Part shown: piece after piece, positions 36,739-46,472 of the stretch
Numbering within the stretch: the stretch's first letter is position 1
Layout of the letters: every line of letters starts with the position of its first letter
Origin: a virus
Reading direction: 5' to 3' (one strand)
Length of the DNA stretch: 64,000 nucleotides
IMG/VR virus record: IMGVR_UViG_3300017783_000001
Position numbers and translations under genes: made by a program
Notes under the pieces: generated by a model
The model's input: the letters and a program-made list of their open reading frames with translations, nothing else
What the model was told of the DNA's origin: nothing
Databases searched by the model: none

Positions 36739-37298
36739 CTACCATCAGGCATTTGGCATACAACTCCAAACCTTGTATCAATATCATTGTTTGCGATACC
36801 AACAACAGGCCAAGAGTTCTTAATATTAAAACTACTTTCGTACTCTTTACAGATAATAGGACCTTGTGCATAACTTCTGTTAATCTTTATAGTACCATTA
36901 CTACCTGTTTTACTATTTAACCAATTACTATAACTTGCACTACCAGGACCATTGTTTAAATGGTCTACAAATACTGCATTGTGTAAATCATAATCACTAT
37001 CATATAGTAATTCAGCACCGGCAAATGCACCTACTACAGCACACGCAGCCGCCACATAAGGGTCTTGTGATAAAAGTTCTACACAAGTCATAGCACCTGT
37101 AGTACCACCGACTACTGCACCTAAATGACTTCTGTTAAAATTAAATCCTTTAGTGTTGTTCACATCTTGGTGTTTTGTACTACAGGCACCAAGTGTAAAA
37201 CTAATTACTAAAATCAAAATTATTTTTTCTAATTTCATCACATACCTTTCTTTGGTTTTTACTATCAATAATACAGAAGTCTTGTGCCGTATTATCAA
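36720..37298 (-). CDS. Glycine-zipper lipoprotein, Rickettsia 17-kDa surface antigen-like
   Basis: Lipobox LGAC (start MKLEK); GAVVGG..GA/GAFAG; W.N..TG..G; CKEY; CQMPDGRW. Confidence 0.82.
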   Translation of the reverse strand: MIIRHKTSVLLIVKTKERYVMKLEKIILILVISFTLGACSTKHQDVNNTKGFNFNRSHLGAVVGGTTGAMTCVELLSQDPYVAAACAVVGAFAGAELLYDSDYDLHNAVFVDHLNNGPGSASYSNWLNSKTGSNGTIKINRSYAQGPIICKEYESSFNIKNSWPVVGIANNDIDTRFGVVCQMPDGRWVEKR

Positions 37299-37512
37299 CT
37301 ACATATTTTTTTCTCATATCATTATCTTTCCACCAGACCTCAGCTCTCGCTGTTATAGGTCTGATTAAGAAAGTGCCGTCATTGGCAGAAGTTAGATGAA
37401 AATCCATCTGACTACTTAACTCCAAACAACGATTTAAGTTGTGCCCAATTTTGAGCAGTTTGCTGTTTTGCATTTGCCCAACTTTCAGCTTGATATTCTT
37501 TTGTCTTCTCAA
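37201..37512 (-). CDS. Hypothetical protein
   Basis: Likely true start at MDFHLT near 37407. Confidence 0.55.
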   Translation of the reverse strand: MRRQKNIKLKVGQMQNSKLLKIGHNLNRCLELSSQMDFHLTSANDGTFLIRPITARAEVWWKDNDMRKKYVVDNTAQDFCIIDSKNQRKVCDEIRKNNFDFSN

Positions 37513-37657
37513 CTTCGTTAGTTAAGAAAACGACTACTTTGCCTGGCATTTCAACTACTGCATTACCAAACTCTTGTGGTGTTATAGTCTTTGTCTCATT
37601 CGCATTGGCACTTGATATGCCAAATACGATTACGCATAATATAAGTATCTTGTTCAT
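37412..37657 (-). CDS. Secreted small protein
   Basis: Signal peptide ANA/N. Confidence 0.7.
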   Translation of the reverse strand: MNKILILCVIVFGISSANANETKTITPQEFGNAVVEMPGKVVVFLTNEVEKTKEYQAESWANAKQQTAQNWAQLKSLFGVK

Positions 37658-38022
37658 ACTTTCCTTCCCATTGTTTTAATATCAGCAATGTCTACAACTT
37701 GGTAGTTACCTTTGTTGTATGCAATACTAATTGTTTTTCCTGCAGGTAATTTAGGTTTCAATACCTCTCTCTTCGTAGCACCTGCAATAATATTATTACT
37801 ACAAGGTATTGAAGGTCTTACTGAATAGTCAGGAAAAGGATAACCTTTAAACTCGTTAATCACTCTACCTTGACTATCTAACTTAACTCCGATAGACTTC
37901 AACCATTTCAAATGTTTTGTTCTTGCTATCTGGTTTCGCATATCTTTAGTTAAGTAAGTCGCTTTTGTCTTTGCCATATTGTTTACTCTCAAATGCTTTT
38001 TGTTCTGCATAAGTTTTACCAA
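37654..38022 (-). CDS. Basic hypothetical protein
   Basis: C-terminal IAYNKGNYQVV; likely start MAKTK. Confidence 0.7.
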   Translation of the reverse strand: MVKLMQNKKHLRVNNMAKTKATYLTKDMRNQIARTKHLKWLKSIGVKLDSQGRVINEFKGYPFPDYSVRPSIPCSNNIIAGATKREVLKPKLPAGKTISIAYNKGNYQVVDIADIKTMGRKV

Positions 38023-38260
38023 ACACTTTTAAATAGAAGTGGTCTCTAGGATTAGGTGCCTGATATGCAAGTATCAAATTATCAAATTGTGTTTGTTTGA
38101 TACCTATATTTCTCATAGAAGAAGGATGTTCTTTCTTCAATGATTTCATTTCTTTTAAGAAAGCAATACGATTGTCGTATTTCTCTTTCTTACCTTTTTG
38201 GTCTTTGATTGTCGCCGTCTTAAATTCACTAAACATCATTTCTTTTGTGTATGTAAACAT
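37946..38260 (-). CDS. Early hypothetical protein
   Basis: GGAGG SD; promoter TTGACA-N17-TACTAT at 38294-38322. Confidence 0.75.
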   Translation of the reverse strand: MFTYTKEMMFSEFKTATIKDQKGKKEKYDNRIAFLKEMKSLKKEHPSSMRNIGIKQTQFDNLILAYQAPNPRDHFYLKVFGKTYAEQKAFESKQYGKDKSDLLN

Positions 38261-38431
38261 AATTAAGTCCTCCCATTTTCATTAATTGATATAATAGTAT
38301 CACAAACCTGATTAGTTGTCAAGCTGCCAATAAACCCACATTTTACACTATTTTTAGGAAAAACGAGGGGCCTAGAGGGCGCTGTAGAGGGTTTGGGATA
38401 GTCCCGTGTATGATTGCTCATTGGGATTTTA

Positions 38432-38671
38432 CTACTTTTTTGCACTTTTCTTCTTCTTTCTTTTTCCAGTCAAGTAATGTACTTGCTGTTTCTTTTTAAA
38501 TTTAAGAGGTAATTCCATCTGACTATTCTTTTCAGATTTTCTAATATAACTCTTAATATTCTTCATTAAGTTATTACATATCTTTCTACAAGATGATAAC
38601 TCAATGAGCATATAAACCATACCGCCTCCTACAATAGAAAGTAATATGATTGTAAACATAGCGTCTTGCAT
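38432..38671 (-). CDS. Small TM protein with basic tail
   Basis: AGGAG SD; N-terminal TM helix. Confidence 0.65.
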   Translation of the reverse strand: MQDAMFTIILLSIVGGGMVYMLIELSSCRKICNNLMKNIKSYIRKSEKNSQMELPLKFKKKQQVHYLTGKRKKKKSAKK

Positions 38672-38680
38672 ATTGTCTCC

Positions 38681-38893
38681 TTATCTTATATCGTCAAAAG
38701 GATCATTTGCTAAATCTCCTAATGGCATTTTGTTAGTGTCTTTTGGTGCATATTCAGCTTCAAAGTCTGCGACTTCTTTTTCTCTATATGCAATACCTTC
38801 ATCAACCTTCTTAATGGCCATTGGTACATTGCCACTTTGAAGTTGGTCTTTGATTTCTTTTAGTTCTTCAATGACCGTCATTACATCAATCAT
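38681..38893 (-). CDS. Hypothetical protein
   Basis: 70 aa in early operon. Confidence 0.65.
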   Translation of the reverse strand: MIDVMTVIEELKEIKDQLQSGNVPMAIKKVDEGIAYREKEVADFEAEYAPKDTNKMPLGDLANDPFDDIR

Positions 38894-38898
38894 TTTTT

Positions 38899-39189
38899 CT
38901 ACTTACCCTCTTTGCTATCGTTTTCTAAATTGATACTAATATCTATATCACTCTTATTCTTCTCGGTCAGGTTGTCTTCAATCTGACTAAAATAACACCA
39001 GTGTGTTCCTGTCTCTCCTGAATAGGTAACAGCACCTGTATAGTTTAAATCTGTATCATATGTTTGGGCATTCAAACTTGTGTCGTTCTCAGCCGCAATA
39101 TCAGTTTTTTCTGTTGCGATACCGATATTAATTATCTCGCCAGTTCTTCCGTGATTACCTAAAATTGTATCTCCTACATTAATTATCAT
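38899..39189 (-). CDS. Hypothetical acidic protein
   Basis: AGGAGG SD; 96 aa. Confidence 0.7.
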   Translation of the reverse strand: MIINVGDTILGNHGRTGEIINIGIATEKTDIAAENDTSLNAQTYDTDLNYTGAVTYSGETGTHWCYFSQIEDNLTEKNKSDIDISINLENDSKEGK

Positions 39190-39610
39190 TCTTATATCCT
39201 CCTACTAGTTTATTCAAATGTTTGTGTTCATATTGTTGTGTTAACATTGGTGCAAAATCGTATTTAAAGAATTGTCTACCATTCCATAGTTGACCATAAT
39301 CGTTAAATAAAGCGTTGTCTTTATCTATAACAACATCTTCACCAAATACATCTTCGTAAGTTTCATAATACTTGTCGCCGTGTATCATTTCAACTTTACT
39401 ACTACCTGTAGCGTTTACAGCACTTTCTGTATAGTGTTTGTCGCAATAGGTTTTAATTCTTTTTTGAAATTCTTTGTCGTTTAGTCTATTCAACTGACTT
39501 AAAGGAACATTTCTAAAGATAGTGTGATAGATGTGGAAGTATTCCATATCTTCTTCATCATAGTATTCAATACCGTAAACTAAATTTAAACTAGAACCTT
39601 TTGTCATCAT
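39179..39610 (-). CDS. Hypothetical protein
   Basis: GAAAGG SD; 143 aa. Confidence 0.7.
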   Translation of the reverse strand: MMTKGSSLNLVYGIEYYDEEDMEYFHIYHTIFRNVPLSQLNRLNDKEFQKRIKTYCDKHYTESAVNATGSSKVEMIHGDKYYETYEDVFGEDVVIDKDNALFNDYGQLWNGRQFFKYDFAPMLTQQYEHKHLNKLVGGYKNDN

Positions 39611-39823
39611 TATGATAGTACCTTTCTCAATAGTATTATTATAGTCATCATTGTAAACATCATTATAAAAAAACTAGTAATCATTAAGTCAACCTCACCA
39701 AGATTATTACTTGTAAAACTAAAATTGCAATCGGTATGATAGTTCTAATAAATTCCATAGTGTGATTGTATTCGTCTAGTTTTCTCTCAAATTTATTTCT
39801 TTTTTTATCTTTATAATTTTTCA

Positions 39824-40030
39824 TTAAGCGAATAAACCTGAATTGTTTTCAGCAGTTTCTATTACTTCATCAACATTGTACTCATCAATTGACATCAAGT
39901 CAATACCATCTGTTTTTAAGATTTCAGATTTACATTTGTTGTAGTCAATATCACCTTTAGTATATTTCTCTAAAAGTTTGTCTACTGCTTTTTCAGCTTC
40001 GTCCCAATAGTATTGCATTACTTTACTCAT
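39824..40030 (-). CDS. Early small acidic protein
   Basis: AGGAG SD; promoter at 40083-40111. Confidence 0.75.
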   Translation of the reverse strand: MSKVMQYYWDEAEKAVDKLLEKYTKGDIDYNKCKSEILKTDGIDLMSIDEYNVDEVIETAENNSGLFA

Positions 40031-40130
40031 AGTGTGGTTCTCCTTTGTTATTTAATTGTTCTTTTGTCTTATTCATACTCATATAATACATCATTTCGCA
40101 ATCATTGTCAAGCAAAAAACGAGCATATTA

Positions 40131-40373
40131 TTAAAATAAATACCCTAATTTATAACATATTCCAACGATTGAAACGATAGAAAGTGTCAAATTTGTGATT
40201 ATTAAGGATAGTTCTTTCCACATAATACCTACGATACACCATATCAACCCTCCTAGCACCATTACTAGAGGGCCTAAAGGGTATATTCCAAGTGAATTAA
40301 TACCTGTTCCAAGTATCAAAGTGAAGGTTCCTAACCATTTTAGTGTGTTTTGTATAGTGTGTTTTTTCATCAT
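40131..40373 (-). CDS. Three-helix membrane protein, probably leaderless
   Basis: Start moved to ATG 40373, 7 nt after the -10 of promoter 40380-40408; LKWLGT...YPLG...WCIVGIMWKE.SLI. Confidence 0.7.
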   Translation of the reverse strand: MMKKHTIQNTLKWLGTFTLILGTGINSLGIYPLGPLVMVLGGLIWCIVGIMWKELSLIITNLTLSIVSIVGICYKLGYLF

Positions 40374-40457
40374 ATATACATAATACCATACTTTTAATAG
40401 TATGTCAAGCACTTTTTTGGTTATTTTTGAAGTTTTTTTGTTGATTTTACTGACTTT

Positions 40458-40703
40458 TTAGATAAGCCAGTTGTACATTGCTCTCATAGATAGTAGTAAA
40501 TACATCAATTCCATCAATGCTCTAGGATAATCTTTATCTCTATATCCAAACCAGACCCACATCATACACGCTATAATTGATAAAAACCAACCTAGCCATT
40601 GTGTGTCTACATTTGCTTCTGATAAGATGAATACGGAAGAAACTGCGATTGCAAGTCCTATCCACCTGTCTTTATTTTTTATCTTTTTCCATATACTGGT
40701 CAT
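40458..40703 (-). CDS. Three-helix membrane protein
   Basis: 81 aa hydrophobic. Confidence 0.7.
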   Translation of the reverse strand: MTSIWKKIKNKDRWIGLAIAVSSVFILSEANVDTQWLGWFLSIIACMMWVWFGYRDKDYPRALMELMYLLLSMRAMYNWLI

Positions 40704-41250
40704 AGCCGCCCCTCACTATAAAATAACTATCTACTATGTCGGTAACAGGATTTTTGAGAGTTTGTTGGTCTAAATGTTCCATAAGATTTACACCTGTTTC
40801 CTCGTAAAACTTATCGTACATTTTCTCTTTGTCTGCGTTTCCTTTACCTGTAGCAAGTTTCTTTACTACGCTAGGCACTACGGTATCAAACTTGATACCT
40901 TTCTTGTATAACTTATGTTTTAATAAACCAGTATTTTCTGCAAGGTTAAATACTCTACCTTTACTACCAAATGAGTAATCTTCAATAAACACTCTAGGAT
41001 TTATTGTATGTCCTACACTCTTACTGAATACCCAATCACTAATTTTATCGTGTCGTTCTTGTTCAGTATTCCATTCAGGCATAAGATTTCCTACTATCTT
41101 ACCATCTAAAAATACACCTTCATATTTCTTAACGGTTGTTAAGTAGTAAAACTTACAATTCTGTAATGGGTCGTCTACTAATGGTCGTTCATCAACAACA
41201 CATACAGCAGGACAAGTTAATGAGTAATCAATTCCAATTATCTTCGTCAT
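40672..41250 (-). CDS. RuvC-like nuclease/resolvase
   Basis: IIGIDYS, FIEDY, KKLATGKGNADK, DIVDS acidic tetrad. Confidence 0.8.
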   Translation of the reverse strand: MTKIIGIDYSLTCPAVCVVDERPLVDDPLQNCKFYYLTTVKKYEGVFLDGKIVGNLMPEWNTEQERHDKISDWVFSKSVGHTINPRVFIEDYSFGSKGRVFNLAENTGLLKHKLYKKGIKFDTVVPSVVKKLATGKGNADKEKMYDKFYEETGVNLMEHLDQQTLKNPVTDIVDSYFIVRGGYDQYMEKDKK

Positions 41251-41398
41251 CTGTGGTATCCTCTGTTAAAACATCATCTTCAGGTTCGTCTATTGAGCCT
41301 CCACAAAACGGACAAGTTATTGGTTCCAGTTCGTCATTTTTCCACGATATTGTAAACTCCTCTTCGCAATGAGGACATTCGTATTTTGCTTTTTCCAT
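41228..41398 (-). CDS. Zinc-ribbon protein with acidic tail (56 aa)
   Basis: Not in track. CPHC...CPFC; TAATG-coupled to nrdB. Confidence 0.75.
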   Translation of the reverse strand: MEKAKYECPHCEEEFTISWKNDELEPITCPFCGGSIDEPEDDVLTEDTTDDEDNWN

Positions 41399-42501
41399 TA
41401 TAATTTAAATTTCTTAAACTGGTCTTTTTCAACATCTTGTTTGATACCACCGATAACATAACTTTCTATTTCTGTCTCTTGTGGTGCGTTTTGTAAACTT
41501 CTGCTGTTAAACCAATGTTCAGTCCACGGTAAAGGATTAGCATTACCTTGTTCATAGATTGGTTTAATACCAATTGCTTTCATTCTTTTGTTTGCTGTCC
41601 ATTCTACATAATTGTGTAATAACTTTTCAGAAAGTCCTACCATAGAACCTTTTGAGAATAGATATGTTGCCCAACGCTTCTCTTCTTCTACTGCGTCTTT
41701 GTACATTTGTTCAACAAACTTTTCATTATTTTTTATAACCTTATTCATAACCTTATCGTTTTCAGGACCACGATAGTTATTAATAATTCTTTGTGATACG
41801 GCAAGGTGTTGTGATTCGTCTCTAGCAATAAAAGAGATAATCTTTGCACTACCTTCCATAAGTTTTAGTTCACCAAATGCAAAACTACAAGCAAAAGAAA
41901 CATAAAATCTTAAACCTTCTAATATGTTTACGGTTACAAGTGTTCTCCATAGTTTTTCTTTTAAATCATACTCATCAACTTTATTACCTAATTGATGTTT
42001 CATACCTGTAGTGATAAAGTCATCATAGGCATTGGTTACTGATTTACTTCTTCGTTCAATCTTTTCATCTGTTATAATAGTATCAAATATTTCTGCTGGG
42101 TCTGAATACAAGTTCTTAATAATGTATGTATAACTTCTACTATGAATTGTTTCCATAAAGTCCCAGGTTACAATACAGCCTTCTAGTTCTGGTAATGATA
42201 CGAAAGGTAAAAACGCAAGACACGGACCTCTACCTTGTACACTATCTAACATAGTTTGATATTTTAGATTAGATGTAAAGATAAACTTCTGTTCTGGTCT
42301 TAATGCTGACCAATCAGACCTGTCTTTCTGCAAAGATACTTCTTCAGGTCTCCAGAAAAAACCTAATTGTTGTTGTGTAAGTTTATCAAAGATAGGATAT
42401 TTCATATTATCGTATCTTTGAACCTGTAGTTCCTCACCAAAAAACATAGGTTGTTTAGTGTAGTCTATTGATTTTCCTTTATTGAATACCGTATTGCTCA
42501 A
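41398..42501 (-). CDS. nrdB: Class Ia ribonucleotide reductase beta subunit
   Basis: FFWRPEEV, DSVQGR, ETIHSRSY, LEGLRFY, RDESQH, APQETE; uninterrupted. Confidence 0.97.
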   Translation of the reverse strand: MSNTVFNKGKSIDYTKQPMFFGEELQVQRYDNMKYPIFDKLTQQQLGFFWRPEEVSLQKDRSDWSALRPEQKFIFTSNLKYQTMLDSVQGRGPCLAFLPFVSLPELEGCIVTWDFMETIHSRSYTYIIKNLYSDPAEIFDTIITDEKIERRSKSVTNAYDDFITTGMKHQLGNKVDEYDLKEKLWRTLVTVNILEGLRFYVSFACSFAFGELKLMEGSAKIISFIARDESQHLAVSQRIINNYRGPENDKVMNKVIKNNEKFVEQMYKDAVEEEKRWATYLFSKGSMVGLSEKLLHNYVEWTANKRMKAIGIKPIYEQGNANPLPWTEHWFNSRSLQNAPQETEIESYVIGGIKQDVEKDQFKKFKL

Positions 42502-42520
42502 TTTTATTTCCTCTTATTCT

Positions 42521-44887
42521 TTAAATATTACAAGCTTCACATTCACCGTCATCTTCTACGACAGGAACCGAAACTTCTGTTTGTGTGTCTTGTAAGACAT
42601 TCTTGTTTTGCTCTGGTTGAAGATTAACACTACCTACGATTTGTTCATCATAAGTCATAGGGTGCATAGGTTCATCTTCTTTCTTACCGTCATAAGTGTT
42701 TTGATAGTAAGATGTTTTCCAACCATACTTATATGTATTTAACAAGTCTTGTGCCATTGTAGATACAGGAACTTGGTTTTCTTCAAAAAGTTCTGGATTG
42801 TATGACCAGTTACCTGATATACCTTGGTCAAAATACTTCTGCATTACTGCAACGATATTTATATAACCTTCATTACTCTTCATATCCCATAATAAAGTAT
42901 AGTTATTCTTTAGTCTTGCATAGTCAGGTACAACTTGTTTCAATGTACCTTTCTTACTCTTCTTAACTGATAGATAATCTCTAGGTGGTTCAATGCCGTT
43001 TGTAGCATTGGAAACCACGCTAGATGATTCAGAAGGCATTTGAGCGGAGAGAGTGCTGTGTCTTAGCCCATATTGCATAATATCTTTTCTTAATGCTTCC
43101 CAATCAAAGCTGAGTTTACGATTTACAATCTCATCAACTTCTTTTTTGTAAGTATCAATAGGTAAGATACCATCTGAATATTTTGTCCTGTCAAAGTAAT
43201 CACACTTTGTTTTTTCTTTTGCAATTTCATTACTTGCTTTCAACAGGTAGTATTGGAAACTTTCTGTTAGTTTATCAACTTCTTTCCACGCCAGCTTTTG
43301 GTCATAATTAAAACCTTTCTTCGCTAGATAATGTGCAAGTCCGATATAACCAATACCTAAACTTCTTCGTGCCTTTGTAGAGATTTCAGCAGCTCTTACT
43401 GGATACTTCTGATGGTCTATAATCTCTTCTAATGCTCTTACTGATAAGTCGCATAAACTTTCTAACTCATCTAAATTCTTTAATAGTCCTACATTGATTG
43501 CACTTAAAATACATAATGCGATTTCACCATCACCATCTATATGTTCAATAGGGTCTGTAGGTAATGTAATTTCTTGGCATAGATTAGACATATTAACTTT
43601 GTCTTTAAAAGAAGAGTGAGAGTTAGCGTGGTCAATATTCATAATGTACATACGACCTGTTTCTGCTCTTTCTTTTAATAAGTCCATAAACAATTTTTGT
43701 GTACTTACTTTCTTTCTAAAAATCTTTGTATCTTTCTCATACTTCTTGTACAACTCATCAAACTCTGGTGTACCGAAAGCGTCATAAAGACCTGGTGTTT
43801 CGTGTGGAGAAAATAATGTCATTTCTTCATCATTAATAAATCTCTCGTAAAATAGTTTTGATAATTGAATTGAGTAATCTAATTTTCTAACTCTATTATC
43901 TTCACTACCTTTGTTATTCTTTAGAACAATAATGTCTTCTATTTCTTTATGCCAGATAGGAAAGTGTACCGTAGCACAACCACCTCTTACACCGTTTTGT
44001 GTACAAGATTTTACGGTTGCTTCAAACTTCTTTAAGAAAGGAACAACACCTGTATGTGCAACTTCACCACCTCTAATTCTACTATTGATACCTCTAATAC
44101 GACCTGCATTGATACCTATACCTGCTCTTTGTGCTGTGTAATAACCAATCGCTGTATCACTGCTAAAGATACTAGGAAGACTATCTGCAACATCTACAAG
44201 TACACAACTAGCATATTGTTTCATAGGGGTTCTAACACCCGCCATAACAGGCGTAGGAATGTTTATCTTAAATTGTGAGATAGCATTGTAATACTTTTTA
44301 ATATATGATAATCTTTTGTTTTTTGGATACTTCGCAAAGATTGTAGCCGCAATCATCATATACATAAATTGTGGTGTCTCAAAGATTGTACCACTACTTC
44401 TGTCTTGTACAAGATACTTATCCATAACTTGTCTTAATCCAGCATATGTAAAATTATAATCTCTATCGTGGTCAATCATAGTATTCATTCTATCAAAGTC
44501 ACCTTCATCATATTGTACTAAAATGTCTTCGTCATAGACACCTAACTTTACACACTTCTTTGTGTGAGCAAACAAATGAGGATGGTCCCATAGTTTACCA
44601 TTGATACTTTTTCTTAAACTATAAAGAAGAAGTCTACTTGCAACATATTGATAGTTTGGATATTCTAATGAGATTAAGTCTGAAGCAGACCTAATTAAAA
44701 TCTGTTGTATTTGGTCTGTAGGAATATTATCATAAAATTGTAAACCACTATTCATTTCAACTTGACTTGATGAAACACCTTTTATATCTTCACAAGCATA
44801 TTCTACCATATCGTGTATCTTGTCAATATTCAAAGGCTCTTGTCCACGCCCATTTCTTTTTATAACATTAATTTGTTTTTCAGTCAT
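42521..44887 (-). CDS. nrdA: Class Ia ribonucleotide reductase alpha subunit
   Basis: ATP cone, PTPVMAG, SCVL, SNLCQEI, KTSYY, C-terminal CEAC; uninterrupted. Confidence 0.97.
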   Translation of the reverse strand: MTEKQINVIKRNGRGQEPLNIDKIHDMVEYACEDIKGVSSSQVEMNSGLQFYDNIPTDQIQQILIRSASDLISLEYPNYQYVASRLLLYSLRKSINGKLWDHPHLFAHTKKCVKLGVYDEDILVQYDEGDFDRMNTMIDHDRDYNFTYAGLRQVMDKYLVQDRSSGTIFETPQFMYMMIAATIFAKYPKNKRLSYIKKYYNAISQFKINIPTPVMAGVRTPMKQYASCVLVDVADSLPSIFSSDTAIGYYTAQRAGIGINAGRIRGINSRIRGGEVAHTGVVPFLKKFEATVKSCTQNGVRGGCATVHFPIWHKEIEDIIVLKNNKGSEDNRVRKLDYSIQLSKLFYERFINDEEMTLFSPHETPGLYDAFGTPEFDELYKKYEKDTKIFRKKVSTQKLFMDLLKERAETGRMYIMNIDHANSHSSFKDKVNMSNLCQEITLPTDPIEHIDGDGEIALCILSAINVGLLKNLDELESLCDLSVRALEEIIDHQKYPVRAAEISTKARRSLGIGYIGLAHYLAKKGFNYDQKLAWKEVDKLTESFQYYLLKASNEIAKEKTKCDYFDRTKYSDGILPIDTYKKEVDEIVNRKLSFDWEALRKDIMQYGLRHSTLSAQMPSESSSVVSNATNGIEPPRDYLSVKKSKKGTLKQVVPDYARLKNNYTLLWDMKSNEGYINIVAVMQKYFDQGISGNWSYNPELFEENQVPVSTMAQDLLNTYKYGWKTSYYQNTYDGKKEDEPMHPMTYDEQIVGSVNLQPEQNKNVLQDTQTEVSVPVVEDDGECEACNI

Positions 44888-44899
44888 CTATTTCTCCTA

Positions 44900-45910
44900 C
44901 TATGCTTTTCTATAATTTGTTAAAACTTGTTTCGCTGATAATTTTGAATATGTGTTGATACTTATAATCTCTTGTAGTTGTACTTTAGATACACCTGTCA
45001 TAATTAAGTCATTAACATCTTTGAGTTGTATATCTTCTGGCCAAATAAAAATGTTGTAACCTAAATCAATTATCTTTTCCATTCGTTTAATTATTTCTTT
45101 GTTTCTCGGTTCGTTATCAAATATATATGTCACCTTTTCAGGATTATATTTACTATCTAGCGTCAAATCAGCGCCGCCGGCTGCAATACTATTTTCAATA
45201 AACAAACTATCAATAGGACCTTCTACAACATAAATGTGTTGTGCAAAGTTTACTCTTTCTAATCCGAATATCTTATCTTTGTCTTCGTCTAACTTAATGG
45301 TTACATACTTTGGTGTCTCTTTACCAAAGGCACGACCTTGATAGGCGAATATTTTACCGTCTGTATCATAGAACGGTATCACTAGTCTTGGATGGTCATA
45401 CTTACTAGTGTTGTATTTACGAGGTGCGATTTTGTGTGCCCACTCGTAAAACTTATGACATAAGAAAAGTTTGTCAAAATACTTTTCAGGTATCATTCTC
45501 TTCTCCACATACTCTCGTACTGGATGTTTGTCTTCTAAATTTGATATTGCCGTAAGTTCAGATATGTAGTCATTCTCTATCTTTAACTTCGGTTTAAAAT
45601 CAAACTTAAACTCTGGTTTTGGTGTCGCTGGTGCGTCCGACTTATATCTTTCTAATAGATATTTTTCATAGACTTTTGGGTCTATGTGTTTTAGAAAGTT
45701 AGCGAGGTTCTGACCCATACCACAATTGTGGCATTTGAAAAACATATCGTTTTTCTTACGGTAGAAATAACCTCTGGACTTTAGTTTGGACTTTTGACTA
45801 TCACCACAATGGGGACATCTAAAGTTAAATAGATAGTCACCTTTTTTCTTAAAATGACCTAGTCGGGCCGAGATTTCGTTGATGAATTTTAAATCTGTAT
45901 AACTTGACAT
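44900..45910 (-). CDS. 61: DNA primase gp61
   Basis: NFRCPHCGDS, CHNCG, QGRA, EGPIDSLF, DNEPRN, KDVND; promoter at 45939-45967. Confidence 0.95.
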   Translation of the reverse strand: MSSYTDLKFINEISARLGHFKKKGDYLFNFRCPHCGDSQKSKLKSRGYFYRKKNDMFFKCHNCGMGQNLANFLKHIDPKVYEKYLLERYKSDAPATPKPEFKFDFKPKLKIENDYISELTAISNLEDKHPVREYVEKRMIPEKYFDKLFLCHKFYEWAHKIAPRKYNTSKYDHPRLVIPFYDTDGKIFAYQGRAFGKETPKYVTIKLDEDKDKIFGLERVNFAQHIYVVEGPIDSLFIENSIAAGGADLTLDSKYNPEKVTYIFDNEPRNKEIIKRMEKIIDLGYNIFIWPEDIQLKDVNDLIMTGVSKVQLQEIISINTYSKLSAKQVLTNYRKA

Positions 45911-45971
45911 TTAGCACTCTTTAATTAATATAGTACACATCATACTATATCTTATGCTATTTGTCAAGCAC

Positions 45972-46448
45972 CTATGATACTTTCATTAATTCTACAACTA
46001 ATGGGAAATTTCTTGCTAAAATGAAACCTATTACTATAGAACCACCGATTATTAAGTACTTCCACTTCTCTAGCATATTTACCTTTTCTCCTAGAGAGTT
46101 CTTAATACTTCGTATTTCGTTCATAATACGCTTTTCAGTCATATCTATATTATCTTTTAGTTGTCTATATCTCGCTTCAGTATCTTCTTGTCTGTCCTTT
46201 AACTTTGAGAAGATAATCTCATCTAATTTTTCTGCTTGGTTTAACTTTTCTTCGTGTACAGCTAACATTGATTTAATACCACTACTGATATTAGTTAACT
46301 TGTCAATCGCTGTGTCTAGTCTTTTATGTACCATATTGCTCTGTTGAAGTTCCGATTTCAACACCTCTATACTCGTACGGTTATCGTACACTTCTTTAGA
46401 TAGTGAAGTTATGGTTGCCCTTGTTTCACCGTTTCCTGTTGTAGACAT
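45972..46448 (-). CDS. Coiled-coil protein with C-terminal TM helix
   Basis: MLAVHEEKL, LEKWKYLIIGG. Confidence 0.75.
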   Translation of the reverse strand: MSTTGNGETRATITSLSKEVYDNRTSIEVLKSELQQSNMVHKRLDTAIDKLTNISSGIKSMLAVHEEKLNQAEKLDEIIFSKLKDRQEDTEARYRQLKDNIDMTEKRIMNEIRSIKNSLGEKVNMLEKWKYLIIGGSIVIGFILARNFPLVVELMKVS

Positions 46449-46472
46449 AGCGACTTATTCTCCCAAAGTCAA

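Noticed and set aside
38263-38445. 60-aa ORF
   Set aside because: Runs across a promoter and GC-rich spacer motifs; more likely non-coding.
40672-41250. TnpB/Cas12-like effector
   Set aside because: Only 192 aa, a compact RuvC fold with no extra domains or adjacent guide-like RNA.
41398-44887. Introns, inteins or homing endonucleases in nrdA/nrdB
   Set aside because: Both frames are continuous and of normal length; nrdA only has a somewhat long C-terminal linker.
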